In this document: one piece after another, positions 37,621 to 46,305 of the stretch
Position numbering within the stretch: position 1 is the stretch's first letter
Layout: each line of letters opens with the position of its first letter
Assembly (NCBI RefSeq): GCF_008035925.1
Contig: NZ_CP036264.1
Span: forward strand, 2,412,443 to 2,476,442
DNA length: 64,000 bases
Direction of reading: 5' to 3'
From: Stieleria maiorica
Lineage (GTDB): Bacteria; Planctomycetota; Planctomycetia; Pirellulales; Pirellulaceae
Made by a program: the position numbers and the translations under genes
Notes under the pieces: generated by a model
Database searches by the model: none
What the model was told of the DNA's origin: nothing
The model's input: the letters and a program-made list of their open reading frames with translations, nothing else

Positions 37621-37685
37621 GTCGTAGCTACCTTCGCCAGAAGGTGGTTCCCCGGCCTCTCCACGCTCTGGCGAGCGTAGCTACG
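37621..37685. terminator. stem-loop between convergent genes (putative terminator)
   Basis: CGTAGCTACCTTCGCCAGA...TCTGGCGAGCGTAGCTACG is a ~19-bp imperfect stem (17 of 19 pairs) between the GT2 gene (+) and 37706-38263 (-). Confidence 0.4.
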
Positions 37686-37705
37686 TCAGCCTAGCCAAGT
37701 CCTGA

Positions 37706-38263
37706 CTAATTGCCGGGCAGCTTGCGACGGTGCTTGGGGGTTTCCGAAGGCGGCAACTCGCAATCGTATTCTTCTTGATAGCGGCGTCGTTCGACCGGGC
37801 TGGCGTAATACCGCAGCCACGTCTCGGTGTCCTCGACGCACATCCATTCGAGTGCCTTGCCTGGGACATCGACCTTCTTTTCGCAACAGGGCAAGATGTC
37901 GCGATAGATGATCGTGTACAGTTCCCGGTCACAGAGGTGATCGGTGCACCGCAACACGATGTTCATGCTGTACAGTTTTTGAATCGTCTTTTTCAGCCGA
38001 TGTGCCAGTTGTGAATCTCCCAGCGCGTCGGGCGGCAGCAAGTGCAGCGGCGGGGAGAACCAATCGGAAATCGGCAGTGCCGGGGCACGCTCCCAAGCCA
38101 GCATCGACGCCAGGTATTCGTTCTCGGCCTGCAGCGACATCCGGTTGATCGACGATTCGATCGACTCATCGCGATACGGCTCCAACTCGTCCCGAAGCCT
38201 GGCATTGGCCAACATCAACTCGACTTCGTCGATCGCTTGTCGGCGGGTTTCTCGCATGTCCAT
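37706..38263 (-). CDS. hypothetical protein
   Basis: The ORF fills a gap consistent with the surrounding coding density. No motif was recognised. Confidence 0.3.
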   Translation of the reverse strand: MDMRETRRQAIDEVELMLANARLRDELEPYRDESIESSINRMSLQAENEYLASMLAWERAPALPISDWFSPPLHLLPPDALGDSQLAHRLKKTIQKLYSMNIVLRCTDHLCDRELYTIIYRDILPCCEKKVDVPGKALEWMCVEDTETWLRYYASPVERRRYQEEYDCELPPSETPKHRRKLPGN

Positions 38264-38325
38264 CTAAACCGGTTGGCTGGGGGGGGAGGCAGCTCGTACT
38301 TCGTCAACTATTAAACTTGGGGTGC

Positions 38326-38404
38326 CGCGGAAAAGGGGTCAGGTACCAAAAATGCGAAGCACCCTTCGGGCCATTTGGTTTTTGGTACCTGACCCCTTTT
38401 CCGC
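38326..38404. repeat. perfect 70-nt hairpin element (copy 1)
   Basis: GCGGAAAAGGGGTCAGGTACCAAAAATGCGAAGCACCCTTCGGGCCATTTGGTTTTTGGTACCTGACCCCTTTTCCGC has perfect ~26-bp arms. Confidence 0.9.
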
Positions 38405-38721
38405 TCGACTTACGCAAACCAAGGATTTGACGCTGACAGAGCACTAGGCTGGGGCAAAGGATCGGTTGACCGGTCGGCAAAGAGCCCGTCGGGGGCCCAG
38501 GCGGGCCGACCAAGTCGTCCAACGATGCCCTGATGGTATCTGTCGTTTGCCGCCGCTCAACTTGCAACTGAAGCAAAACCGAGGTTTCAAATCATTTTCG
38601 TCGCTCCGGCCTTGCCTTGATCGTTACGAACGGAATGCCTTATCAGGATTTGCCGTCAATTCGCCAGTCCGTGGACTTCTTCGCCCAAAGATTGACTACC
38701 ACGCTGTTCCAATTGGCCGAG

Positions 38722-38833
38722 CTAAAAGGGGTCAGGTACCAAAAATGCGCGAGCGAAAAGGGGTCAGGTACCAAAAATGCGAAGCACCCTTCGGGCCATT
38801 TGGTTTTTGGTACCTGACCCCTTTTCGCGCTCC
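38722..38833. repeat. hairpin element copy 2 plus an adjacent half-copy
   Basis: The half element AAAAGGGGTCAGGTACCAAAAATGCG (38724-38749) is immediately followed by a full hairpin (38753-38828) identical to copy 1. Confidence 0.9.
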
Positions 38834-38869
38834 CACCCGTGAACCCGTCCATCGAATTGGAACGCAGCA

Positions 38870-39985
38870 CTACCGCGCCTCGAATTGCGATCGCAGCTGG
38901 CGATAGAGTTGGGCGTGCCGCTGAACCATTTTTTCGACCGAAAACGCCTCTTCGATCCGTCGCCGGGCGGCGTTTCCCAGTCGCTCGGCCGTTTCGGGAT
39001 GGTCCAGCAAATCCAACGATTCCCGGGCGAAAGCGGCGCGATCGCCGACCGGGACCAGCCGCCCGGTTTCGTCGTGGCGGATCAAATCGCGGTTGCCGGG
39101 AATCTCCGATGCGATCACCGGCCGTCCGGCTTGCATCGCTTCGATCACCGCATTGCTCTGGCCCTCGTATTCGCTGCCGATCCAAAACAGGTCCGCGTGC
39201 GGCAGCAATTCGGGCACATCGTCACGTTGGCCGACGAAGCAAACATGTTCGGGGATCGTGACGGCATCGCGAAAACGCAGCAGTTCCGCTTTTTGCGGGC
39301 CGTCGCCGATCACGACCAGCGTGGTGTCGCCGCGGGTGCAGGCGATCAATTCGGCGGCCCAGATCAAGTCGCGATACCGTTTTTGCGGCCAAAGTCGACC
39401 GACGGCCATGATGAGCTTTCGATCGGCGGACACTCCCAGGCGCTCGAGTGCCTGCCCGCGAGTGATCGACGTCGCCGATCGCTCTGGGATTCCATTGGGG
39501 ATCACATGAAACAGATTCGGTGAGATCCCATGGTCGGCGTAAAATTCCACCACGCCTGAACTGTTGGTCGTGATCGCGGTGGAGCGGCGTGCCAAGACAC
39601 GATCGATCCAGAAGTGCCACCAGGATTTCCAGGGATCGACGCAGCGTTCACTGGCGATGATCACCGGCACCTTGGCCATCACAGCGGCGGTGCGTCCAAA
39701 ACTGTTCGCGGCGAACAACCAGGTGTGGACCACGTCCGGTGACCATTCCTTCAACAGACGACGCAAGCGAAACAGGGCGGTCGGATCGGCTTTGAACCGT
39801 TTGCCGATCACCGTGACCGGGATACCACTGTCACGCAGCGATCGGCTGCGTGGGCCGTCACGCGTCAGCAAGTAGACGTGCACCTCGAACTCGTCGTGAG
39901 GCAAGTTTTCGGCCAATAATGCGAGCTGCTTTTCGGCGCCCCCCTGATCCATCGTCGGGATGATCAGTGCGATTCGAAGTTTCAT
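38870..39985 (-). CDS. family 4 glycosyltransferase
   Basis: The N-terminal MKLRIALIIPTMDQGGAEKQL is the GT4 N-domain. The C-terminal EYEGQSNAVIEAMQAGRPVIASEIPGNRDLI is the GT4 EX7E region. Confidence 0.8.
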   Translation of the reverse strand: MKLRIALIIPTMDQGGAEKQLALLAENLPHDEFEVHVYLLTRDGPRSRSLRDSGIPVTVIGKRFKADPTALFRLRRLLKEWSPDVVHTWLFAANSFGRTAAVMAKVPVIIASERCVDPWKSWWHFWIDRVLARRSTAITTNSSGVVEFYADHGISPNLFHVIPNGIPERSATSITRGQALERLGVSADRKLIMAVGRLWPQKRYRDLIWAAELIACTRGDTTLVVIGDGPQKAELLRFRDAVTIPEHVCFVGQRDDVPELLPHADLFWIGSEYEGQSNAVIEAMQAGRPVIASEIPGNRDLIRHDETGRLVPVGDRAAFARESLDLLDHPETAERLGNAARRRIEEAFSVEKMVQRHAQLYRQLRSQFEAR

Positions 39986-41349
39986 TGAGCGTTTTCCATC
40001 GACGTCGGATCGGAGTGACGGCGGGGCTGGCCGCTGGCGAGTTGTCGAAACAGCGTCACAAAACGCTCGATGGATTCGGATCGCGACCGTGTCCGTTGCA
40101 TGACGCGTCGCGCTTGCTGAGCCCTCCGCCGTGCCTGTTGGAGGTTATCGACGATCTGTTCGATGGCAAAACGCAGGGTCTTGGGTTGCTTGGGATCGAA
40201 CCACCACACGCAGCGACCGGCGTTGTCGACCGCCGGGGGATCGTCGGGATGAGACGCATCAGCATCGGCCCGCTCCGCGTCGCCAGCATCGATCGTGACA
40301 GCGCGGCGACGCAGGATCCACGTTTGGACGTCGGAGTCGGTCACGCCGAAAAACTCGCGGGCCGTTTCGGTGTTGGCCAGGATCAACGGCAATCCGGCGG
40401 CGATGGCGGTCGGAATTTGATGTTCAAACCCTTCGTCACCGGCATGGACCATCAAGTCGGCGGCGGAGAAAACGTCGTCGGCCGAAGAGAACGATCCCGG
40501 CATCGCCATCGATTGCCGCAGCCCGTCGCTGCGGAGCTGTGCATAGATGGTTTCGCGCAGCGGACCGTCGCCGACGATCCAAAACTGCAGCCCTTGGATT
40601 TTTTGCGCCAGCGAGTAGGCCGATTTGACCAGCGTCATGACACCGGAGCTGCGATCGAGTCGTTCGACGGACAGGACGACCGAACAGGAATCGGGGACAA
40701 ACAGATCGCCGTTGATCCGTGCCATCGCCCGCCGCAACCGTTTGGGGCTGGACCAGCCTCGGTCGGGTGCCGGGCCGATGCCGACCGGAATCCGATGCAC
40801 CCGCTCTCGGTCGCCGCCGTCGGCCAACCAGCGGCGATGAGCCGACGCGCTGTCGACCACCACCGCAGTGGCTTCCATCACGGCCGCGCGACAGCGACGA
40901 CCGGTCCGGCTGTGTAGGTGATACTCCAGATCGCTGCAACTGCCGTGACCGGCCAGACGCACGACCGAGGGTACCTTGATCGCCCGGGCGGCTTCCACCG
41001 CCGCAATCGCTTCTTCACGACCGGAGTCACAATAGACCATGTCGCACGCCACCGGATTCGACTCGATCCAATCGCGCAGGTAGCGGATGTAGCGTGACGA
41101 TGTGCGATCGCCGCGCGCCGTCCAACCGGTTCGGAACATCCGAATCGGCCGATACACCTGGCACTCGCGAAACGAAAAACGCTCGGCCCACGACGCCGCG
41201 TGCTTGGGTGTGACCACCGAAACGTGAACGCCAGCCAGCTTGAACCCCGTGGCGAGTTCCATCAGATGGCCGGCCGAATCGAGCGAACCGTGCGGCCAAA
41301 AGTGTCGACCGATCATCAGAACACGGACGGGGCGTTCCAAACCATTCAC
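39982..41349 (-). CDS. glycosyltransferase (GT4-like, two Rossmann domains)
   Basis: VRVLMIGRHFWPHGSLDSAGHLMELATGF...VYCDS are N-domain motifs. The C-terminal FEHQIPTAIAAGLPLILANTETAREF is present. It overlaps the downstream GT4 gene by 4 nt and the upstream hpt gene by 4 nt, so the genes form an operon. Confidence 0.7.
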   Translation of the reverse strand: MNGLERPVRVLMIGRHFWPHGSLDSAGHLMELATGFKLAGVHVSVVTPKHAASWAERFSFRECQVYRPIRMFRTGWTARGDRTSSRYIRYLRDWIESNPVACDMVYCDSGREEAIAAVEAARAIKVPSVVRLAGHGSCSDLEYHLHSRTGRRCRAAVMEATAVVVDSASAHRRWLADGGDRERVHRIPVGIGPAPDRGWSSPKRLRRAMARINGDLFVPDSCSVVLSVERLDRSSGVMTLVKSAYSLAQKIQGLQFWIVGDGPLRETIYAQLRSDGLRQSMAMPGSFSSADDVFSAADLMVHAGDEGFEHQIPTAIAAGLPLILANTETAREFFGVTDSDVQTWILRRRAVTIDAGDAERADADASHPDDPPAVDNAGRCVWWFDPKQPKTLRFAIEQIVDNLQQARRRAQQARRVMQRTRSRSESIERFVTLFRQLASGQPRRHSDPTSMENAQ

Positions 41350-41906
41350 TGTTTCGATTTGTGCTCGGTCGCTTCGATCTCGTGCGTTTCCAAGACAGCC
41401 AGGTAGGGCAGGTTGCGATACATGTCCATGTAATCCAATCCATAGCCGACGACAAACTCATCGGGGATTTCAAAGGCGACGAAATCCGGGCGGAGCGAGA
41501 CGGCATGTTCGCGATGTTTGTGCAACAGCACCGCCGTCTTGGTCGACTTGGCCCCCAAATCCTTGATCATGCCGGACAGCCGATCCAGCGTCCGGCCGGT
41601 GTCAAAAATGTCATCGACCAGCAGAACGTCGCGGTCTTTGACATCGATCAGCATGTTGGCGTTGACCTCCAGGCTACCCGATTCGGTCCCCCCACGATAA
41701 CTCGACGCCTGGATCACGCCAACTCGTTGCGGCATCGACAGGCGTCGGATCAGGTCGGCAAACAGGACCAAGCTGCCGGTCATCACGGCGATCACCGTCA
41801 GCGGGCGTTTTTCCCCATAAAAACGATCGATCTCGGTCGCGAGCCGTTCGACGCCGGCCTGCAACTGGTTTTCATCAAGCAAAATACGCATCCGTTTCGC
41901 GTCCAA
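41346..41906 (-). CDS. hpt: hypoxanthine phosphoribosyltransferase
   Basis: LVLFADLIRRL...VLLVDDIFDTGRTL is the PRPP-binding motif. The length and order match Hpt. Confidence 0.85.
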   Translation of the reverse strand: MDAKRMRILLDENQLQAGVERLATEIDRFYGEKRPLTVIAVMTGSLVLFADLIRRLSMPQRVGVIQASSYRGGTESGSLEVNANMLIDVKDRDVLLVDDIFDTGRTLDRLSGMIKDLGAKSTKTAVLLHKHREHAVSLRPDFVAFEIPDEFVVGYGLDYMDMYRNLPYLAVLETHEIEATEHKSKQ

Positions 41907-42166
41907 ACCAGACGCGCTCCCTGCGGCAAACTCTCAATTAACTGGCAAAATGGGCGATTTGGGGTTTCGGTGCGATTCGGTCCAGCAATTTGCGGATCAA
42001 ACGCGGCCAAACGCCGATGAACGATACACCGGCGGCCGACAAATTCCCACGGGACATGCCCCCAGGACGAGAACCCCGGGAACGAACCCTGGGCATCAAC
42101 CCGGGGCACCGCGACCGCCGGCGGGAACCTTGCTCCACCCACGCGTTTTATCGACAGACCCGACGA

Positions 42167-42673
42167 ATGACCAATTCCCAACGCTTGGCAACCGTGCGAG
42201 CCCACCTGCAACGTTGGTTGGCCGCCACCGTGACGCCCTCTCGCCGTGAAACGGTGAGTGAGGGAAAGCCCGAAGGAATGGATCAAGCCTCGTCAGACGA
42301 CGCCCAAGGTGATGCAAACGAAGCGGGAATCGTCTCCGAATCGATTCTAATTCGCGACGGGTTCTACGCCGGGCGGACATTCCACGCCACCACCGCTGGC
42401 GACACCTATCGGGCGACCTGGTTCATGGAGCCGGACGAACTGAAAATCCACGGCGCCGGCGGAACGTTGGTGGCGTCGTTCCAAGGCGATGAAATCGGCG
42501 CGGAAATCCCAGTCGTCGAAATCGCAGTCGTCGAGACTCCGGTCTTGGACGAACAGGACGCTCAAGAGACACCCGATTCCGAACCGGTCAGCATCCCGAT
42601 GCCGGCGGCCGAAGAGGAATCCGCGACCGATCTGGATTCCGACCACGAAGGTCAACTGCCTCGAGCGGCGTAG
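42167..42673 (+). CDS. hypothetical acidic protein
   Basis: The ORF has an acidic C-terminus and no recognisable motif. The start was chosen at the internal Met. Confidence 0.25.
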   Translation: MTNSQRLATVRAHLQRWLAATVTPSRRETVSEGKPEGMDQASSDDAQGDANEAGIVSESILIRDGFYAGRTFHATTAGDTYRATWFMEPDELKIHGAGGTLVASFQGDEIGAEIPVVEIAVVETPVLDEQDAQETPDSEPVSIPMPAAEEESATDLDSDHEGQLPRAA

Positions 42674-42901
42674 TTGAATGAATCCCAGCACGGAGTCACT
42701 GCACGGGGTCACTGCACGCAGAGGCAGAATGATTCGGGGCAGAATGATGGGCAGGCAAATGCGAGGCGTTTGTGATGATTTCCGTGGCCGTTGGCTGGAC
42801 TTCACGCGTGGTCGATGACGATGTAGACTGCTCGCCGACGTCCCCGTTTGCCTTGAGCGAGCCGGTGGCGGTGATTCCGCGGTGAATCAAATCATCACGC
42901 C

Positions 42902-42986
42902 GGATGGGTGGCCGAGTGGTCGAAGGCACTGGTCTTGAAAACCAGCGTAGGGCAACCTACCGTGGGTTCGAATCCCACCCCATCCG
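42902..42986 (+). tRNA. tRNA-Ser (anticodon UGA)
   Basis: The acceptor stem is GGATGGG/CCCATCC. The D-arm is GCCGAGTGGTCGAAGGC. The anticodon stem-loop is CTGGT-CTTGAAA-ACCAG, giving TGA. A long variable arm (CGTAGGGCAACCTACCG) is present. The T-arm is GTGGG-TTCGAAT-CCCAC and the discriminator is G. CCA is not encoded. Confidence 0.85.
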
Positions 42987-43015
42987 CTGCTTCTTCTTTC
43001 GGCGGCCCCTGGATA

Positions 43016-43140
43016 GTCGCCGTCCTCTCCGAGGTCGGCGTCAGGGAAGAGCTTCGCTTTTCGAGGGCGCCGAGTTCGGAGAACACGGCGACATTCGGCC
43101 GCAATGCGTAGCGGAAGCCGCCAAGGCTTTCGGCTCCCCG
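43016..43140. repeat. composite REP-like element downstream of tRNA-Ser
   Basis: The inverted pair GTCGCCGTCCTCTCCGAGGTCGGCG / CGCCGAGTTCGGAGAACACGGCGAC is followed by the module GCGTAGCGGAAGCCGCCAAGGCTTTCGGC. Confidence 0.7.
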
Positions 43141-43316
43141 GTGTGGTGCCGACGCGCCGGTACGAATACTCGTGGGGAGTTCCGCTACTTGAAGGCCCGA
43201 CGGCGGCAGATTCGTCTTCCGGGCGGCCCGCCAGATGGTTTTTCGAGCTAGGTTCCTTGTGACCCCAAGCCTTGATCGATCTGCCCGTCTGGTTCCGCTG
43301 CCGGTGAACGCCTCCG

Positions 43317-44921
43317 ATGAGCTACAACCCCTACAATTCGTCCACGCCGCCCCGTCCCTTCCGGATCGTTTTCGGCTTTGTGATCGCTGCCGCCGGACTG
43401 ATTGCCGGAATGACCGGTGCCGTCCATGAATTTCATAAGGCGTCCGTTATGCAGGGCGAGCCGGTCGAAATGGACTGGCAGACCCTGGTCGCCGAAGGTT
43501 ATGGCGACAATCCGCACATCCGACTGGTCAACGTCACCGTCATCGATCCCTACGTCGACATGGACGAACTGTTCGAGGACGAAGACCTGGATGCGTTGAT
43601 GGACGACCCGCTGGTTCGCAGCCACATGCACACCGGTCTCGGCCCGGCCAAGGTCGTCCCGATCGGAACCGATGAATCGGACGTCGAATCGCGTGTCTTC
43701 ATTGCCCAGGGCGAGCATTTCTTGGACGAAGCGTTTCGCCAAGTCGACGAGACCAATTCGGTGACCGGGATGGTCAGCACCTATGGCGTAGGGCAGATGA
43801 TCGCTGACTTCGTCTCCTTCTGCACCGGGAACGAGGTCCAAGGGCCTCCGGAGGACGATGACGTCTACTACACGATCGTTCCGATCGACGGGACACCCGA
43901 CCTGGGATTCGCCCGCAATCTGTTCTTGACCGCCGGGTTTGCCTTGGCGCTCGGATTGATCTTCTGCGGCAGCGGCGGTCCCGGCATCTGGTGTTGTTGG
44001 TACGCACCGTTGCCGTCGGTGCTCAGCCTGATCGGATACCCGATGCGATACGGGCGCGGATCCTGGTCGACGCGTCTCACGTACATCGCCGGCGGAGCGA
44101 TACTGATGGGGTACGGATTCTACCTGCTGGTCCCGATGGGCAACTTCGGCTCGACCGACGGCAACCCGATCTTCCATGCCTTCGGATTCGCAACGCTCTT
44201 TGTCGGACTGGGAGGCATCCTTGCGGTGCCGCTCCAAATCACCACGCGAGCACTTTGCGCGAGCGTCGAAGTTCAGCCGAAAAAGAAGCCGGTGCGGATG
44301 TCCTGGAACCAAGCCTGTTCGATGGAACCGGTGATCCAGGAAGTGGAGTACACCGACCCGCCACTGGTTCCCTCGGGGACGTTGCCGCTGAGTGGCGAGT
44401 TGAAACAGAAAGCCGCAGCATTGGCCGAAGCCGGCTTCAACGAGGCCGATCCGTTGCAATGGCAGCGTGAGGCGGGGATTGCGGCGGCGGCGATTCAGCT
44501 TGGTTGTCAAAGCATGGTGGTGACGGATCTGGAATACAACAACGACGCGGACATCGTTGAGTGCGGATTGATCAGCGTGCTCGGAACGGGGCTTCCGATC
44601 ATCACCGTTTCGGCAAACTCCAGTGTCAAGCAAAACCGCCCATCGGCGAAATGTTTGTTCCAGCGTGCATCGTCGAGTGATCCAACGGAGATGTTGGCCG
44701 AACACTTGGAAGTCACCGTGCGAGAGGCGGAACAGCGTGACACGATCGTCGTCGAATTTGACGAAAGTGAAACGCACGATGTGGTCCGCTTGGCCCGACG
44801 CGTCCTCGCCGAGATTCAAGGCACGATGGACGGCCAGATCGTCAACGTCGGCCCCAAGCGTTACGGGCGTTTCCACTACCCGCCCGCCCCGGTGCCGGAA
44901 TTCGTGCCGTCGTCGGTCTGA
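43317..44921 (+). CDS. hypothetical integral membrane protein
   Basis: Multiple TM helices flank a soluble domain. No motif was recognised. Confidence 0.4.
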   Translation: MSYNPYNSSTPPRPFRIVFGFVIAAAGLIAGMTGAVHEFHKASVMQGEPVEMDWQTLVAEGYGDNPHIRLVNVTVIDPYVDMDELFEDEDLDALMDDPLVRSHMHTGLGPAKVVPIGTDESDVESRVFIAQGEHFLDEAFRQVDETNSVTGMVSTYGVGQMIADFVSFCTGNEVQGPPEDDDVYYTIVPIDGTPDLGFARNLFLTAGFALALGLIFCGSGGPGIWCCWYAPLPSVLSLIGYPMRYGRGSWSTRLTYIAGGAILMGYGFYLLVPMGNFGSTDGNPIFHAFGFATLFVGLGGILAVPLQITTRALCASVEVQPKKKPVRMSWNQACSMEPVIQEVEYTDPPLVPSGTLPLSGELKQKAAALAEAGFNEADPLQWQREAGIAAAAIQLGCQSMVVTDLEYNNDADIVECGLISVLGTGLPIITVSANSSVKQNRPSAKCLFQRASSSDPTEMLAEHLEVTVREAEQRDTIVVEFDESETHDVVRLARRVLAEIQGTMDGQIVNVGPKRYGRFHYPPAPVPEFVPSSV

Positions 44922-44979
44922 TGCCAGCCCGAAGCGTCAGCGAGGGGCGCCGCGTGTCCCTTCGCTGACGCGTCGGACA

Positions 44980-45054
44980 GTCGCCGTGTTCTCCGAACTC
45001 GGCGCCCCGAAGGCGAAGCCTTTGCTCCGCGCCGACCTCGGAGAGGACGGCGAC
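44980..45054. repeat. REP-like hairpin element (GTCGCCGTGTTCTCCGAACTCGGCG...CGCCGACCTCGGAGAGGACGGCGAC)
   Basis: It is a 25-nt imperfect inverted repeat with a ~25-nt loop. It lies between the convergent 43317-44921 (+) and O-methyltransferase (-) genes. Confidence 0.8.
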
Positions 45055-45091
45055 TGTCTAGCTCCGCCGAAAACGAAGCTGCGGTCGATGC

Positions 45092-46132
45092 CTAGCGTTT
45101 GATCGCGGTGATGAAACCGCGGTCGGCGATCGTGTCGTGATACGGACCGACCTCGAATCCGTGATCCGCGAGGATCACGCCGTACTCGGCCGGCGAATAA
45201 CATTTGCCTTGGGTGATGTTGACCAACAGCACCGAGTACTCGGCGACCGCCAGCGGGCCTGTTTTGTCGTCGTCTAAGAATGCCTCGTGGATGATCACGC
45301 GACCGCCGGCCGGCAACACCTGGCACGTCTTTTGAATCAGCGTCCGGATCTCGGGAAAGTCCCAGTCGTGCAGCACATTGGACAGCAACACGCAATCCGC
45401 TCCGCCGGGCCAGGGATCGGTAAACATGTTGCCTTGAGCGACCGTGATCCGATCTTGCAGCCCGTGTCGCAGCACTTCCTCGCGTGCCAACCGATCGACC
45501 GGTGCCTGTTCCAGCACAGTCGCGCGCAAGTGATCGTGTTTGGCGACCAGCGTGGACGAGTAGATTCCCGATCCGCCGCCGACATCCAACACATGATTGC
45601 AATCGGCGATGAAGCCGCCCAGCTTGTCGGCGAGCACCTGGCCCATGGCGATGCCGCGACAGTTCATCAACGCGGTAAAGCCTTGGGCAAAGTCCTCGTC
45701 CATCATCGACGTGTGCCAGTCGCTGCCGTCTTCGCTGGCCTGCCAATTGGCCGGACGATCGTGCCGTAACACCTGCAAGCATCCCTGGGCGATCGGTGAA
45801 TCGACGATCGGCGCGTAGTAGGGACCGAGAAACCAGGGCGAGGTGTCCACCAGATGTTCGCGTCCCAGGTCCGTCAGCCTGTGCGTATCGCCAGCGCTTT
45901 CGATCAGCCCGCTGGCGCGACACAGTGTCAACAACACATCCAAGGGGCGCGATGCGAGCGAAAAGTGGTTGGCGATCGCCTCCGTGTCGGCGTCGCCCCG
46001 CTGGTGAATCCAGCTGAACAGATTCAGTTTGCCGACCGCCACGGCAAGCATGTCCGGTGCGTATTGCCGATCGCGAAAACGCAACAAGAGGGCAGGATTG
46101 GTCGCGGGGTTTTGTTTCAGGTCGATCGTCAT
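45092..46132 (-). CDS. class I SAM-dependent O-methyltransferase (family 2 OMT, with N-terminal dimerisation/winged-helix domain)
   Basis: VLDVGGGSGIYS is SAM-binding motif I. The overall length and layout resemble CrtF/plant-type OMTs. Confidence 0.75.
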   Translation of the reverse strand: MTIDLKQNPATNPALLLRFRDRQYAPDMLAVAVGKLNLFSWIHQRGDADTEAIANHFSLASRPLDVLLTLCRASGLIESAGDTHRLTDLGREHLVDTSPWFLGPYYAPIVDSPIAQGCLQVLRHDRPANWQASEDGSDWHTSMMDEDFAQGFTALMNCRGIAMGQVLADKLGGFIADCNHVLDVGGGSGIYSSTLVAKHDHLRATVLEQAPVDRLAREEVLRHGLQDRITVAQGNMFTDPWPGGADCVLLSNVLHDWDFPEIRTLIQKTCQVLPAGGRVIIHEAFLDDDKTGPLAVAEYSVLLVNITQGKCYSPAEYGVILADHGFEVGPYHDTIADRGFITAIKR

Positions 46133-46222
46133 CGCGGTGCTTTGGGCTTTGCCTACTGTAGATGGAAAGGTTTGTGTCGTCGCGTAACTGTCAGTTGCGT
46201 ACTCGACGATGCATTGCCAGTG

Positions 46223-46297
46223 TCGCCGTGTTCTCCGAACTCGGCGAGCGCGAAAAAGCGAAGCTTTGCCCCGCGCCGACCTCGGAGAGGACGGCGA
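46223..46297. repeat. REP-like hairpin element, second copy flanking the O-methyltransferase gene
   Basis: The arms are the same as at 44980-45054 and in the same orientation. Confidence 0.8.
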
Positions 46298-46305
46298 CTG
46301 TCCAG

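Noticed and set aside
38326-38833. Possible CRISPR array
   Set aside because: There are only 2.5 copies of a self-complementary 70-nt unit separated by >300 nt, with no regular repeat-spacer periodicity and no cas genes.
42908-43111. 67-aa ORF (MAEWSKALVLKTSVGQPTVGSNPTP...)
   Set aside because: It is the in-frame translation of the tRNA-Ser gene plus the downstream REP element, so it is not a protein gene.
42902-46300. Genomic island integrated at tRNA-Ser
   Set aside because: No integrase, no direct repeat of the tRNA 3' end and no obvious compositional shift were seen, only REP-like hairpins. I treat it as ordinary chromosome, with the REP-bracketed OMT gene noted in findings.
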